DNA of 64,000 nt from contig CAVRRC010000004.1 of assembly GCA_963723555.1 (NCBI GenBank), positions 41,643 to 105,642 of the forward strand. Direction: 5' to 3'. This document shows positions 45,164 through 54,136 of the stretch, one piece after another. Source of the DNA: an uncultured Solirubrobacterales bacterium (lineage in GTDB: Bacteria > Actinomycetota > Thermoleophilia > Solirubrobacterales > Solirubrobacteraceae). The position numbers were made by a program, and so were the translations under genes. Position 1 is the first letter of the stretch; each line of letters begins with the position of its first letter. The notes beneath the pieces were generated by a model. The model did not search any database, was not told where the DNA came from, and saw only the letters and a program-made list of their open reading frames with translations.

Positions 45164-48100
45164 ATGGCTAACAGCCCGCTGCTCGAGGCCCATCGGTTTC
45201 TACGCCGGGGGCCGGTATCCGAGGAGGGCTGGAGTCAGCTGGTGGCCAAGGATCGCGACTGGGAGCGCTCGTATCGTGGTCGATGGGCACACGACAAGGT
45301 GGTGCGCTCGACGCACGGGGTGAACTGCACCGGGTCGTGCTCGTGGAACGTGTACGTGAAGGACGGAATCGTCACCTGGGAGTCGCAGGCGGTCGATTAT
45401 CCCTCGACGGGACCGGAGATGCCCGAGTACGAGCCCCGGGGCTGTCCCCGGGGGGCGTCGTTCTCCTGGTATCAGTATTCGCCGCTGCGATTGAAGTACC
45501 CGTACGTGCGGGGGAGCCTGCTGGCCATGTTCCGAGAGGCGCGGGCGCGGCTGGGCGATCCGGTGGAGGCATGGCGGGAGATCGTCGAGGACGCCGACAA
45601 GGCCCGGCTCTACCGGCGCCAGCGCGGCAAGGGCGGGTTCGTGCGCGCGTCGTGGGACGAGGCAGTGGAGATGATCGCCGCCGCCCACGTGCATACGATC
45701 AAACGCTATGGCCCCGACCGGGTGGTGGGCTTCTCGCCGATCCCCGCGATGTCGATGGCCTCCTACGCCGCCGGGAGCCGTTTCATCGCGCTGATCGGCG
45801 GCACGATCCTCTCGTTCTACGACTGGTACGCGGACCTGCCGCCGGCCTCGCCGCAGACGTTCGGCGACCAGACCGACGTCCCCGAGTCCGGAGACTGGTG
45901 GAACGCCGGCTACCTGCTGATCTGGGGGACGAACCTGCCCACCACGCGCACCCCCGATGCGCACTTCATGGTCGAGGCTCGCTACCGCGGCCAGAAGGTC
46001 GTGGTCGTCTCGCCGGACTACGCCGAGCACACGAAGTTCGCCGATGATTGGCTCGCCGCCGAGCCAGGCACCGACGGCGCGCTGGCGATGGCGATGGGCC
46101 ACGTGATCCTGAAGGAGTTCTACGTCGATCGCCAGGTGCCCTACTTCCGCGACTACGCGCGGCGGTTCACCGATCTGCCGCTGCTGGTGACGCTGCGCCA
46201 GCGCGGCGACGGCTACGTCCCCGACCGCCTTCTGCGCGCGTCCGACCTCGAGGATGGCGGCGGCGAGCGCGAGCATGCCGAGTGGAAGCCGGTGGTGCTC
46301 GACGAGGCGACCGGCCAACCGGCGGTGCCCTCGGGGTCGGTCGGTCATCGCTACGGCGAGCCTGGCCGGTGGAATCTGCGGCTGGGCGGGGTCGAGCCGG
46401 CGCTGACGCTGTTCGAACGCGCCCGCGAGCGCGTCGCTGTCGACGTGCCGCGGTTCGACGTCGGTGGCGAAGGCGGCGAGACGATCAGGCGCGGGGTGCC
46501 CGTGCTGCGCGTCGGCGGGCACGCGGTGACCACCGTGCTCGACCTGATGCTGGCCCAGTACGGCGTGGTCCGCGAGGGGATGCCCGGACGGTGGCCGGAC
46601 GGCTACGACGACCCGGAGCCGAGCACGCCGGCCTGGCAGGAGCAGATCACCGGCGTCGAGCGCCATCTGGCGGCGCGCGTCGCCCGCGAGTTCGCCCGCA
46701 ACGCCGAGCTCACCAAGGGCCGGTCGATGATCGCGATGGGCGCCGGTACCAACCACTGGTTTCACTCCGATCAGACCTACCGGACGTTTCTGGCCCTGGT
46801 CATGTTGTGCGGCTGCGAGGGTGTGGGCGGCGGCGGCTGGGCCCATTACGTCGGCCAGGAGAAGGTCAGGCCGCTGGCGGGCTGGCAGACGGTGGCGTTC
46901 GCACTCGACTGGGTGCGCCCGCCGCGCCACCAGTCGGGCACGCCCTTCTTCTACCTGGCCACAGACCAGTGGCGCTACGAGCGCTACCAGCCGGCGGACC
47001 TGGCCTCGCCGCTGGGACGCGGGCTGCTCCAGGGCAAGCACATCGCCGACGTCAACGCGCTCGGCGCGCGGCTCGGGTGGCTGCCGTCGTTCCCGAGCTT
47101 CGATCGGAGCTCACTGGACCTGGTCGACGAGGCGGAGCGCGCCGGCCGCGAGCCGGCCGAGCACGTGGTCGGGGAGCTGCGGGCGGGGCGCCTGCGGTTC
47201 GCCTGCGAGGATCCCGACGCGCCGGTCAACCGCCCCCGGGTGATGACGGTGTGGCGGGCGAACATCCTCGGCTCCTCGGGCAAGGGCCATGAGTACTTCC
47301 TCAAGCACCTGCTGGGAACGACCGAGAACGCGGTCCGGGCCGAGGAGTCGCCGCCCGAGCTGCGCCCCCGCGAGGTGGCCTGGCACGAGCAGGCGCCGGA
47401 AGGCAAGCTCGACCTGCTGACCACGATCGACTTCCGGATGACCTCCAACGCGCTGTTCTCCGATGTCGTGCTGCCGGCGGCGACCTGGTATGAGAAGTAC
47501 GACCTCTCCTCCACCGATCTGCACCCGTTCGTGCACACCTTCAACCAGGCGGTGCCGCCGCCGTGGGAGTGCAAGTCGGACTGGGAGGCCTTCGGACGGA
47601 TCGCCCAGCGCTTCTCCGAGCTGGCCGAGGATCACCTCGGGGTGCGGCGGGACCTGATCGCGGCGCCGTTGCTGCACGACACCCCGGATGAGGTCGCCCA
47701 GCCCCTGGGCGAGGTCCGGGACTGGCGCGCGGGCGAGTGCGAGCCAGTGCCTGGTCGGACGATGCCGAAGCTGATCGTGGTCGAGCGCGACTATCCGGCG
47801 GTGGCGCAGAAGTGGCGGGCGCTGGGACCGCTGGTCGAGGAGCCCGGCACGGCGGTGAAGGGCGCCAGCTGGAAGGCGGTCCAGGAGGTGGCCGAGCTGC
47901 GCGGGGCCAACGGCGAGGTGCGGGGCGGAGTCGCCGACGGCCGGCCGTCGCTGGAGCGCGTCGAGCACGCCTGTGAGGCGATCCTGATGCTGTCCGGCAC
48001 CTGCAACGGCCGTCTGGCCGTGGAGGGTTTTCGCGCCCTGGAGCGCACGACCGGGGTCGAGCTGGCCGATCTCGCCGGCCCCCGGGCGGGCGACCGGATC

Positions 48101-48823
48101 ACCTTCGGCGATGCCCAGGTGCAGCCGCGGACGGTGATCACCTCGCCGGAGTGGTCGGGGATCGAGGCCCACGGGCGCCGGTATTCCCCGTTCACGATGA
48201 ACGTCGAGCGCGACAAGCCATGGCACACGCTCTCGGGGCGGATGCAGTTCTACCTCGATCACGCCTGGATGCTGGAACTGGGGGAGGGGCTGCCGGTGTT
48301 CCGGCCACCGCTGGCCCACCGCGCGGTGTTCGGCGATCAGGGAGCGGGAGACGGCTCGGGGCGTCCCGAGCTGACGCTCAAGTACCTGACCCCCCATTCG
48401 AAGTGGTCGATCCACTCCGAGTATCAGGACAACCTCCACATGCTGACCCTGTTCCGCGGTGGCGGGATGCTGTGGATCAGCCGCGAGGATGCGCAGGCGC
48501 TCGAGATCAAGGACAACGACTGGGTGGAGGCCTACAACCGCAACGGGGTGGTGGCCTGCCGGGCGGCGGTCTCGCATCGGATCCCGGAGGGGACGTGCGT
48601 GATGTATCACGCCAAGGATCGGCACTTGAACGTGCCGCTGACCGAGCTTCAGGGCAAGCGCGGGGGGACGGACAACTCGTTGACGCGGATCGTGATGAAG
48701 CCCACGCACTTCCTCGGCGGCTACGCCCAGCTGAGCTTCGGCTTCAACTACTACGGCCCGACGGGCTCCCAGCGCGACGAGGTGACGGTGCTGCGCAAGC
48801 GCGAGGCGGAGGTGAGGTTCTGA
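45164..48823 (+). CDS. narG: Respiratory nitrate reductase alpha subunit
   Basis: N-terminus RDWERSYRGRWAHDKVVRSTHGVNCTGSCSW (the NarG FS0 His/Cys motif). About 1220 aa, followed by narHJI. GTG 45158 is an alternative start. Confidence 0.95.
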   Translation: MANSPLLEAHRFLRRGPVSEEGWSQLVAKDRDWERSYRGRWAHDKVVRSTHGVNCTGSCSWNVYVKDGIVTWESQAVDYPSTGPEMPEYEPRGCPRGASFSWYQYSPLRLKYPYVRGSLLAMFREARARLGDPVEAWREIVEDADKARLYRRQRGKGGFVRASWDEAVEMIAAAHVHTIKRYGPDRVVGFSPIPAMSMASYAAGSRFIALIGGTILSFYDWYADLPPASPQTFGDQTDVPESGDWWNAGYLLIWGTNLPTTRTPDAHFMVEARYRGQKVVVVSPDYAEHTKFADDWLAAEPGTDGALAMAMGHVILKEFYVDRQVPYFRDYARRFTDLPLLVTLRQRGDGYVPDRLLRASDLEDGGGEREHAEWKPVVLDEATGQPAVPSGSVGHRYGEPGRWNLRLGGVEPALTLFERARERVAVDVPRFDVGGEGGETIRRGVPVLRVGGHAVTTVLDLMLAQYGVVREGMPGRWPDGYDDPEPSTPAWQEQITGVERHLAARVAREFARNAELTKGRSMIAMGAGTNHWFHSDQTYRTFLALVMLCGCEGVGGGGWAHYVGQEKVRPLAGWQTVAFALDWVRPPRHQSGTPFFYLATDQWRYERYQPADLASPLGRGLLQGKHIADVNALGARLGWLPSFPSFDRSSLDLVDEAERAGREPAEHVVGELRAGRLRFACEDPDAPVNRPRVMTVWRANILGSSGKGHEYFLKHLLGTTENAVRAEESPPELRPREVAWHEQAPEGKLDLLTTIDFRMTSNALFSDVVLPAATWYEKYDLSSTDLHPFVHTFNQAVPPPWECKSDWEAFGRIAQRFSELAEDHLGVRRDLIAAPLLHDTPDEVAQPLGEVRDWRAGECEPVPGRTMPKLIVVERDYPAVAQKWRALGPLVEEPGTAVKGASWKAVQEVAELRGANGEVRGGVADGRPSLERVEHACEAILMLSGTCNGRLAVEGFRALERTTGVELADLAGPRAGDRITFGDAQVQPRTVITSPEWSGIEAHGRRYSPFTMNVERDKPWHTLSGRMQFYLDHAWMLELGEGLPVFRPPLAHRAVFGDQGAGDGSGRPELTLKYLTPHSKWSIHSEYQDNLHMLTLFRGGGMLWISREDAQALEIKDNDWVEAYNRNGVVACRAAVSHRIPEGTCVMYHAKDRHLNVPLTELQGKRGGTDNSLTRIVMKPTHFLGGYAQLSFGFNYYGPTGSQRDEVTVLRKREAEVRF

Positions 48824-50409
48824 TGCGGATCCGTGCCCAGGTGGGGATGGTGATGAACCTGGACAAGTGCATCGGGTGCCACACCTGCTCGGTGACCTGC
48901 AAGCAGGTGTGGACCAACCGGCCCGGGACCGAGTACGTGTGGTTCAACGACGTCGAGACCAAGCCGGGCCTCGGCTACCCGCGGCGGTGGGAGGACAACG
49001 AGCACTGGCGCGGGGGTTGGGAGCTCGACCGCAGGGGCCGGTTGCGGCTGAAGGCCGGCGGCCGCGTGAAGAAGCTGCTCTCGATCTTCTCCAATCCGAA
49101 CCTCCCGCAGATCGACGACTACTACGAGCCCTGGACCTACGACTACGAGAAGCTGATCACCGCGCCCCTCTCGGCCCACGATCCGGTCGCCCGCGCGCGC
49201 TCGCAGCTGACCGGCAAGGCGCTGCAGGAGATCCGCTGGGGACCGAACTGGGACGACAACCTCGCCGGCGCGCCGGAGCACATCCACGAGGATCCGCTGA
49301 CCCGCGGGATCGAGGAGCAGATCACCGCCACCTACGAGCAGGCGTTCATGTTCTACCTGCCGCGGATCTGCGAGCACTGCCTGAACCCCTCGTGCGTGGC
49401 CTCGTGCCCGTCGGGGGCGATGTACAAGCGCGAGGAGGACGGGATCGTGCTCGTCGACCAGGCCAAGTGCCGCGGCTGGCGGTTCTGCGTCTCGGGCTGC
49501 CCGTACAAGAAGGTGTACTTCAACCATCAGACCGGCAAGGCGGAGAAATGCACGCTCTGCTACCCGCGGATCGAGGCCGGTCTGCCGACGATCTGCTCGG
49601 AGACCTGCGTGGGCCGGATCCGCTACATCGGCCTGGTCCTGTACGACTCAGACCGTGTGGAGCACGCGGCCTCGGTGCCTGAGGAGCGCGAGCTGCTGAA
49701 CGCCCAGCGCGAGGTCTTCCTCGATCCCGACGACCCCGCGGTCCGCGAGCAGGCCCACCGTGACGGGATCCCGGATGACTGGGTTCAGGCGGCCCGGCGC
49801 TCGCCGGTGTACGCGCTCGCCCACCGCTACCGGGTGGCGCTGCCCCTGCATCCCGAGTACCGCACCCTGCCGATGGTCTGGTACGTGCCTCCGCTCTCGC
49901 CGATCGTCAACAGCCTGGAGACCGATGGCTACGAGGCCGATCCCGACCACGTGTTCCCGGCCATCGAGCGGCTGCGGATCCCGGTCGACTACCTGGCCAA
50001 CCTGCTCGCCGCCGGCGACAGCGGTGTGATCCGCGACGTGCTCAGGCGCCTGGCGGCGATGCGCGGGCACATGCGCAAGCGCGAGGTCCTCGGCGAGCAC
50101 GACGAGGAGATGCCGGCCAGCGTGGGGATGACCGTCCCCGAGGTGGAGGACATGTACCGGCTGCTGGCGATCGCCAAGTACGACGATCGCTACGTGATCC
50201 CCCAGGCCCACGCCGAGCTTGGCCAGCGGTTGATGCAGCAACAGGGCACCTGCGGCCTCGACTTCGAGGGCGGGCCCGGGAACTGCGGGATGGTCGTGCC
50301 CGAATCGGAGGCCGCCGAGCAGGGGTTCATGCTCACCGAGGAGCCGACCGAGCTCGACATCATCCAGATGCTCGGCGAGCAGCAGCGTCGGGACGAGGCG
50401 GCGCGCTGA
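48823..50409 (+). CDS. narH: Respiratory nitrate reductase beta subunit
   Basis: MNLDKCIGCHTCSVTCK, CEHCLNPSCVASCPSGA, CRGWRFCVSGCPYKK and CTLCYPR ferredoxin-type clusters. The ATG overlaps the narG TGA. Confidence 0.95.
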   Translation: MRIRAQVGMVMNLDKCIGCHTCSVTCKQVWTNRPGTEYVWFNDVETKPGLGYPRRWEDNEHWRGGWELDRRGRLRLKAGGRVKKLLSIFSNPNLPQIDDYYEPWTYDYEKLITAPLSAHDPVARARSQLTGKALQEIRWGPNWDDNLAGAPEHIHEDPLTRGIEEQITATYEQAFMFYLPRICEHCLNPSCVASCPSGAMYKREEDGIVLVDQAKCRGWRFCVSGCPYKKVYFNHQTGKAEKCTLCYPRIEAGLPTICSETCVGRIRYIGLVLYDSDRVEHAASVPEERELLNAQREVFLDPDDPAVREQAHRDGIPDDWVQAARRSPVYALAHRYRVALPLHPEYRTLPMVWYVPPLSPIVNSLETDGYEADPDHVFPAIERLRIPVDYLANLLAAGDSGVIRDVLRRLAAMRGHMRKREVLGEHDEEMPASVGMTVPEVEDMYRLLAIAKYDDRYVIPQAHAELGQRLMQQQGTCGLDFEGGPGNCGMVVPESEAAEQGFMLTEEPTELDIIQMLGEQQRRDEAAR

Positions 50410-51173
50410 TGGCCCTCCGCGCCCGACGGCGAGCCAGCGCCGGCACCATCTACAAGCTCTGCTCGCTGCTGCTCTCCTATCCCGACCCGGAGCTGCTCGA
50501 CGCTCGGCCGGAGCTGAGCGGTGCGGTGGCGGAGCTTCCCTCGAGCCCGTCTCGGGCCGCGCTCCAGCGTTTCTGCGCCTGGTGGGCAGGCGAGGATCCG
50601 ACGGCGCTGCAGGAGCGCTACGTGCAGACGTTCGATCTCGACAAGCGCTGCGGCCTGTACCTGACCTTCTACGGCGAGGGCGACCGGCGCGATCGGGGGA
50701 TGGCGCTGCTGCGCCTGCGCAAGCTCTACCGCGCCGCCGGATTGCCACAGAAGGACGGAGAGCTGCCCGACTTCCTGCCGCTGATGCTCGAGTTCGCGGC
50801 CGCCGCGCCACCGGGCCGCGGCGAGCTCGTCCTGCGCGAGCATCGCGCCGCGCTCGAGCTGGTGCGGGCCGGTCTCGCCGAACGGGAGAGCCCGTATGCC
50901 GAGGTGCTCGAGGCCGTGTGCCTGACGCTGGGCGAACCTTCGGCCGCCGACCGCGCGCGGGCGATCAGGCTCGCGGCCAGCGGACCCCCGCACGAGCTCG
51001 TCGGCCTGGAGCCGCTTGGGCCGGCCCGTTCGGCATCCGGCCTCGCCCCACCGCCGGTCGCCCCACCGCCGGCCGCCCCACCGCCGGTCGCCCCACCGCC
51101 GGTCGCCCCACAGCCGGTCGCCCCAGAGTCGTCCGGCTCCCCGCCCGAGGTCACGCCGGGGGCGAGACGATGA
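50409..51173 (+). CDS. narJ: Nitrate reductase Mo-cofactor assembly chaperone with a Pro-rich repeat tail
   Basis: NarJ pattern (YKLCSLLLSYPD, YVQTFDL, LYLTFY, ELPDFLPLMLEF). Position between narH and narI. 1-nt and 4-nt overlaps with its neighbours. Confidence 0.85.
   Translation: MALRARRRASAGTIYKLCSLLLSYPDPELLDARPELSGAVAELPSSPSRAALQRFCAWWAGEDPTALQERYVQTFDLDKRCGLYLTFYGEGDRRDRGMALLRLRKLYRAAGLPQKDGELPDFLPLMLEFAAAAPPGRGELVLREHRAALELVRAGLAERESPYAEVLEAVCLTLGEPSAADRARAIRLAASGPPHELVGLEPLGPARSASGLAPPPVAPPPAAPPPVAPPPVAPQPVAPESSGSPPEVTPGARR
51046..51125. repeat. 15-bp tandem repeat x5 (CCCCACCGCCGGTCG), in frame, encoding (PPPVA)n in the NarJ tail
   Basis: Five consecutive units with 0-2 mismatches each, then a degenerate sixth. 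Confidence 0.9.
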
Positions 51174-51865
51174 GCGCCGGCAAGATCCTTCTCTGGATCA
51201 TCATCCCCTACGTGGCCATGGCGGTGTTCGTGGTCGGGCACTGGTCGCGCTACCGCAACGACCAGTTCGACTGGACCAGCCGCTCCACCCAGCTCCTCGA
51301 CCGCCGCATCCTCGGCTGGGCCAGCCCGATGTTCCACTACGGCGCGCTCGCCGCCGTGGGCGGCCACATCATCGGCCTGGTCATCCCGCCCTCGGTCACC
51401 AACGCCATCGGCATCGACGAGCACGCCTACCGCTGGATCGCCGCGATCGCCGGTGGGATCGCGGGCGCGGTGACGCTGATCGGCTTCCTCGGCCTGGTCT
51501 ACCGCCGCATCACCAGCGATCGGGTCCGGCGTAACACCACCCGGATCGACTTCCTCACCTACCTGCTGCTGGCGGTCCTGATCGGCCTGGGCTGCTGGAT
51601 GACCTTTGCCCACAACCTCCTCACCCACGCCCCTTACAACTACCGCCCCACGATCGGCCTGTGGTGGCGCTCGCTGTTTTACCTACAGCCCAACGTCGCC
51701 GCCGCCAGCGGGGCGCCGGTGGTCTACCAGTTGCACGCGATCATCGCCTGGCTGTTCTGGGCCTCGTTCCCGTTCAGCCGCCTGGTGCACGCCTGGAGCA
51801 TCCCCCTTCAGTACGTCGGCCGCCCCTACATCCTCTACCGCCGCCGCTACCAGGCCGCGCGCTGA
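51170..51865 (+). CDS. narI: Respiratory nitrate reductase gamma (membrane di-haem b) subunit
   Basis: Five TM helices with conserved His residues (VVGHW, MFHYGALAAVGGH, LHAIIAW, RLVHAWS). ATGA overlap with narJ. Confidence 0.9.
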   Translation: MSAGKILLWIIIPYVAMAVFVVGHWSRYRNDQFDWTSRSTQLLDRRILGWASPMFHYGALAAVGGHIIGLVIPPSVTNAIGIDEHAYRWIAAIAGGIAGAVTLIGFLGLVYRRITSDRVRRNTTRIDFLTYLLLAVLIGLGCWMTFAHNLLTHAPYNYRPTIGLWWRSLFYLQPNVAAASGAPVVYQLHAIIAWLFWASFPFSRLVHAWSIPLQYVGRPYILYRRRYQAAR

Positions 51866-51966
51866 GGGTGCCGGGGCCAGTCCCCGCGTCCCGCTGCCGA
51901 TGAGGTGCCTCGCGGCAGGTCGAGAGCGGCGTAAGCTGTGAGGACTCCAGTCGGGGGGTCAGAAGT

Positions 51967-53337
51967 TTGCGTCCACAGGCGATCCCAGACGCCACCTCGC
52001 TTCTACCGTCCGGGCCGAAGCGGCGCGGGCTCGTGATGGTCGCGTCCTGCGCCGTGCTCGGGGTGCTCGTCGGCGCCTGCTCCGGCGGCACGACCCGGGC
52101 CCACGGCGGCGGCCGTGAGCCCACCACGGGCCCGGCCAGCGCGCCCGCGGACATCGTGCGGCTGTCGATCGCTCCGGCGGGCCACGGCCTCGACACCGCA
52201 CCGAACAAGGGGATCACGGTCACGGCGGCGGGAGGCAAGATCACCAGCGTGATCGTGCGCACCGGAGGCGACACCGTCACGGGGAAGCTCAATGCCGCGG
52301 GCACGGAGTGGCGCAGTACCTGGCCGCTGAACGTCTCGCAGCACTACACGGTCATCGCCACCGCCGCGGGGACGTCCGGCGGGCCGGTCACGCGCAGATC
52401 CTCGTTTCGCACGCTCACGCCCTCGAGGTCGTTCTCGGCCAAGATCATCGAGGGGTATGACCAGACCTACGGCGTGGGCATGCCGATCGTCCTCTACTTC
52501 AGCCAGCCGATCAGCGACAAGGCGGCGGTGGAGCGGGCCCTGCAGATCAGGACCTCGAAGCGGATCGTGGGCGCCTGGTACTGGGACAGCCAATGCAACA
52601 TGGCGCCAGTCTGCCTGTACTTCCGTCCCCAGCGCTACTGGCCGCCCCACACGCGGGTGAGCTTCACCGGTCACCTGAACGGGGTGCAGGCGGCGCCTGG
52701 CGTGTTTGGCGACCACACCCTCACCCAGACGTTCACGATCGGCTCGCCGCTGACGGTGATCGCCAGCACCGCAGCGCACTACATGAACGTCTACCGCAGC
52801 GGGAAGCTGTTCGCGCACTGGCCGATCAGCACCGGACGACCCGGGGATGACACCCCGAACGGCACCTACCTGACGATCGAGAAGGCAAACCCGGTCGACA
52901 TGGTCGGGCCGGGCTACAACATCGAGGTGCCGTGGTCGGTGCGCTTCACCTGGAGCGGCGACTACCTGCACGACGCCTACTGGTCGGTGGGCGAGCAGGG
53001 GTTCACCAACGTCAGCCACGGCTGCGTGAACATGCCGCCGGCAGACGCCGAGATCTACTACAAGATGGCGGATCCGGGCGATCCGGTCAAAATCATCGGC
53101 AGCCCGCGGGCCGGCACCTGGGACAACGGCTGGACCATGTGGTTCCTGACCTGGAAGCAGTGGCTGCGCGGCAGCGCGCTGCACAAGGCCGTCCGCGCCG
53201 GCCCGCACGGCAGCACGTTCGTCAGCCCGGCAAGCCTTCGCCGGCACCGCCGCGGCAACGCTCAAAGGCCGAGCTCGCATTACCGGGCGCCGTCCCGATC
53301 CGCCGCGGCGCCGTCCCGATCCGCCGCGGCGCCTTGA
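51967..53337 (+). CDS. L,D-transpeptidase lipoprotein (YkuD domain with N-terminal Ig-like domains)
   Basis: Lipobox LVGAC. YkuD catalytic motif (SHGCVNM) preceded by HWPISTGRPGDDTPNGTY. TTG 51967 follows a GGGGGG run. Confidence 0.85.
   Translation: MRPQAIPDATSLLPSGPKRRGLVMVASCAVLGVLVGACSGGTTRAHGGGREPTTGPASAPADIVRLSIAPAGHGLDTAPNKGITVTAAGGKITSVIVRTGGDTVTGKLNAAGTEWRSTWPLNVSQHYTVIATAAGTSGGPVTRRSSFRTLTPSRSFSAKIIEGYDQTYGVGMPIVLYFSQPISDKAAVERALQIRTSKRIVGAWYWDSQCNMAPVCLYFRPQRYWPPHTRVSFTGHLNGVQAAPGVFGDHTLTQTFTIGSPLTVIASTAAHYMNVYRSGKLFAHWPISTGRPGDDTPNGTYLTIEKANPVDMVGPGYNIEVPWSVRFTWSGDYLHDAYWSVGEQGFTNVSHGCVNMPPADAEIYYKMADPGDPVKIIGSPRAGTWDNGWTMWFLTWKQWLRGSALHKAVRAGPHGSTFVSPASLRRHRRGNAQRPSSHYRAPSRSAAAPSRSAAAP
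53287..53333. repeat. 21-bp tandem repeat x2.2 (GCGCCGTCCCGATCCGCCGCG), in frame, encoding (APSRSAA)n at the transpeptidase C-terminus
   Basis: Two perfect copies plus a 5-nt partial copy. Confidence 0.9.
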
Positions 53338-53410
53338 TCTGATCAGCTCAAGCTCATGGTTGCCCGCCCCCGCCGGCGGTCCGCCGCCGGCGGCAGCTCG
53401 CGCGCGGTTC

Positions 53411-53432
53411 GGTGGCGCCTGGACGCGCCACC
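53411..53432. terminator. GC hairpin (8-bp perfect stem GGTGGCGC/GCGCCACC, 6-nt loop) between convergent genes
   Basis: Read from the sequence. There is no U-tract, so it is only a candidate (possibly bidirectional) terminator. Confidence 0.25.
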
Positions 53433-53479
53433 GCTCAGTCAGTTCGTCGTGATCGCAGGCGGGATGAGCGGGCTTCAGC

Positions 53480-54136
53480 CTAGATGCGTTCGATCTTCGC
53501 TAACCAGGCCGGCGCGCCCCGCGCGTCGAACCTTGTCTTGAGCCGTTCCGGAGCGATCGAGGCAATGCTCCAGCCGCTGCCGCGAGTGAACGCCGCCCTC
53601 AATTCCTTCTGACTGACGGGATGCGGGCCGGTATCGGGTCCGAGATCACTGAAACAGAGCACATACAGGATCGCCCCCCGACCAGTCGCGGACGCCAGAC
53701 TCGCCACGTAGTCTCGCCGCTCATCGCTGTCGAACGTGTGGAACAAGGCGCAATCGAGCACGCTGTCAAACACTCGCCCTAGGCGGTCAAGGTGCATGGC
53801 ATCGGCAACCACGAATTCAGCGTCGAGGCCGCGCGCCGCGGCCTTCTCCCGCGCTATCGACACTGCGGTCTCAGCCACATCGACTCCCAGAACCTGCAGC
53901 CCCAAAGAGGCAAGGTGAAGGGCGTTCTCGCCCGTCCCGCATCCCGCGTCGAGCACCGCGCCGGCGAATACGCCCTGGGCCGCCAGACGCAGCATCGCTG
54001 GCTGTGGTTGTCCGATGTCCCAGGGCGCCGGGCCGTTCAGGTAAGACGCGTCCCAGGGCTGGCCAGCCCGCCGCTCGTGACTGGTTGGTTGCCGCCCGTG
54101 CGGATCGTCGGCTCGGACTCCTGTCTGCTCGGACAT
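53480..54136 (-). CDS. Class I SAM-dependent methyltransferase
   Basis: Motif I VLDAGCGTGENA, plus post-I and motif II blocks (GVDVAE, DSVLDCALFH). Confidence 0.85.
   Translation of the reverse strand: MSEQTGVRADDPHGRQPTSHERRAGQPWDASYLNGPAPWDIGQPQPAMLRLAAQGVFAGAVLDAGCGTGENALHLASLGLQVLGVDVAETAVSIAREKAAARGLDAEFVVADAMHLDRLGRVFDSVLDCALFHTFDSDERRDYVASLASATGRGAILYVLCFSDLGPDTGPHPVSQKELRAAFTRGSGWSIASIAPERLKTRFDARGAPAWLAKIERI

Noticed and set aside
45200-48709. 613-aa and 532-aa minus-strand ORFs inside narG (45200..47041, 47111..48709), plus several long alternative-frame plus-strand ORFs
   Set aside because: narG, narH and narI are unambiguous. The antisense and off-frame ORFs have low-complexity Arg/Pro-rich translations.
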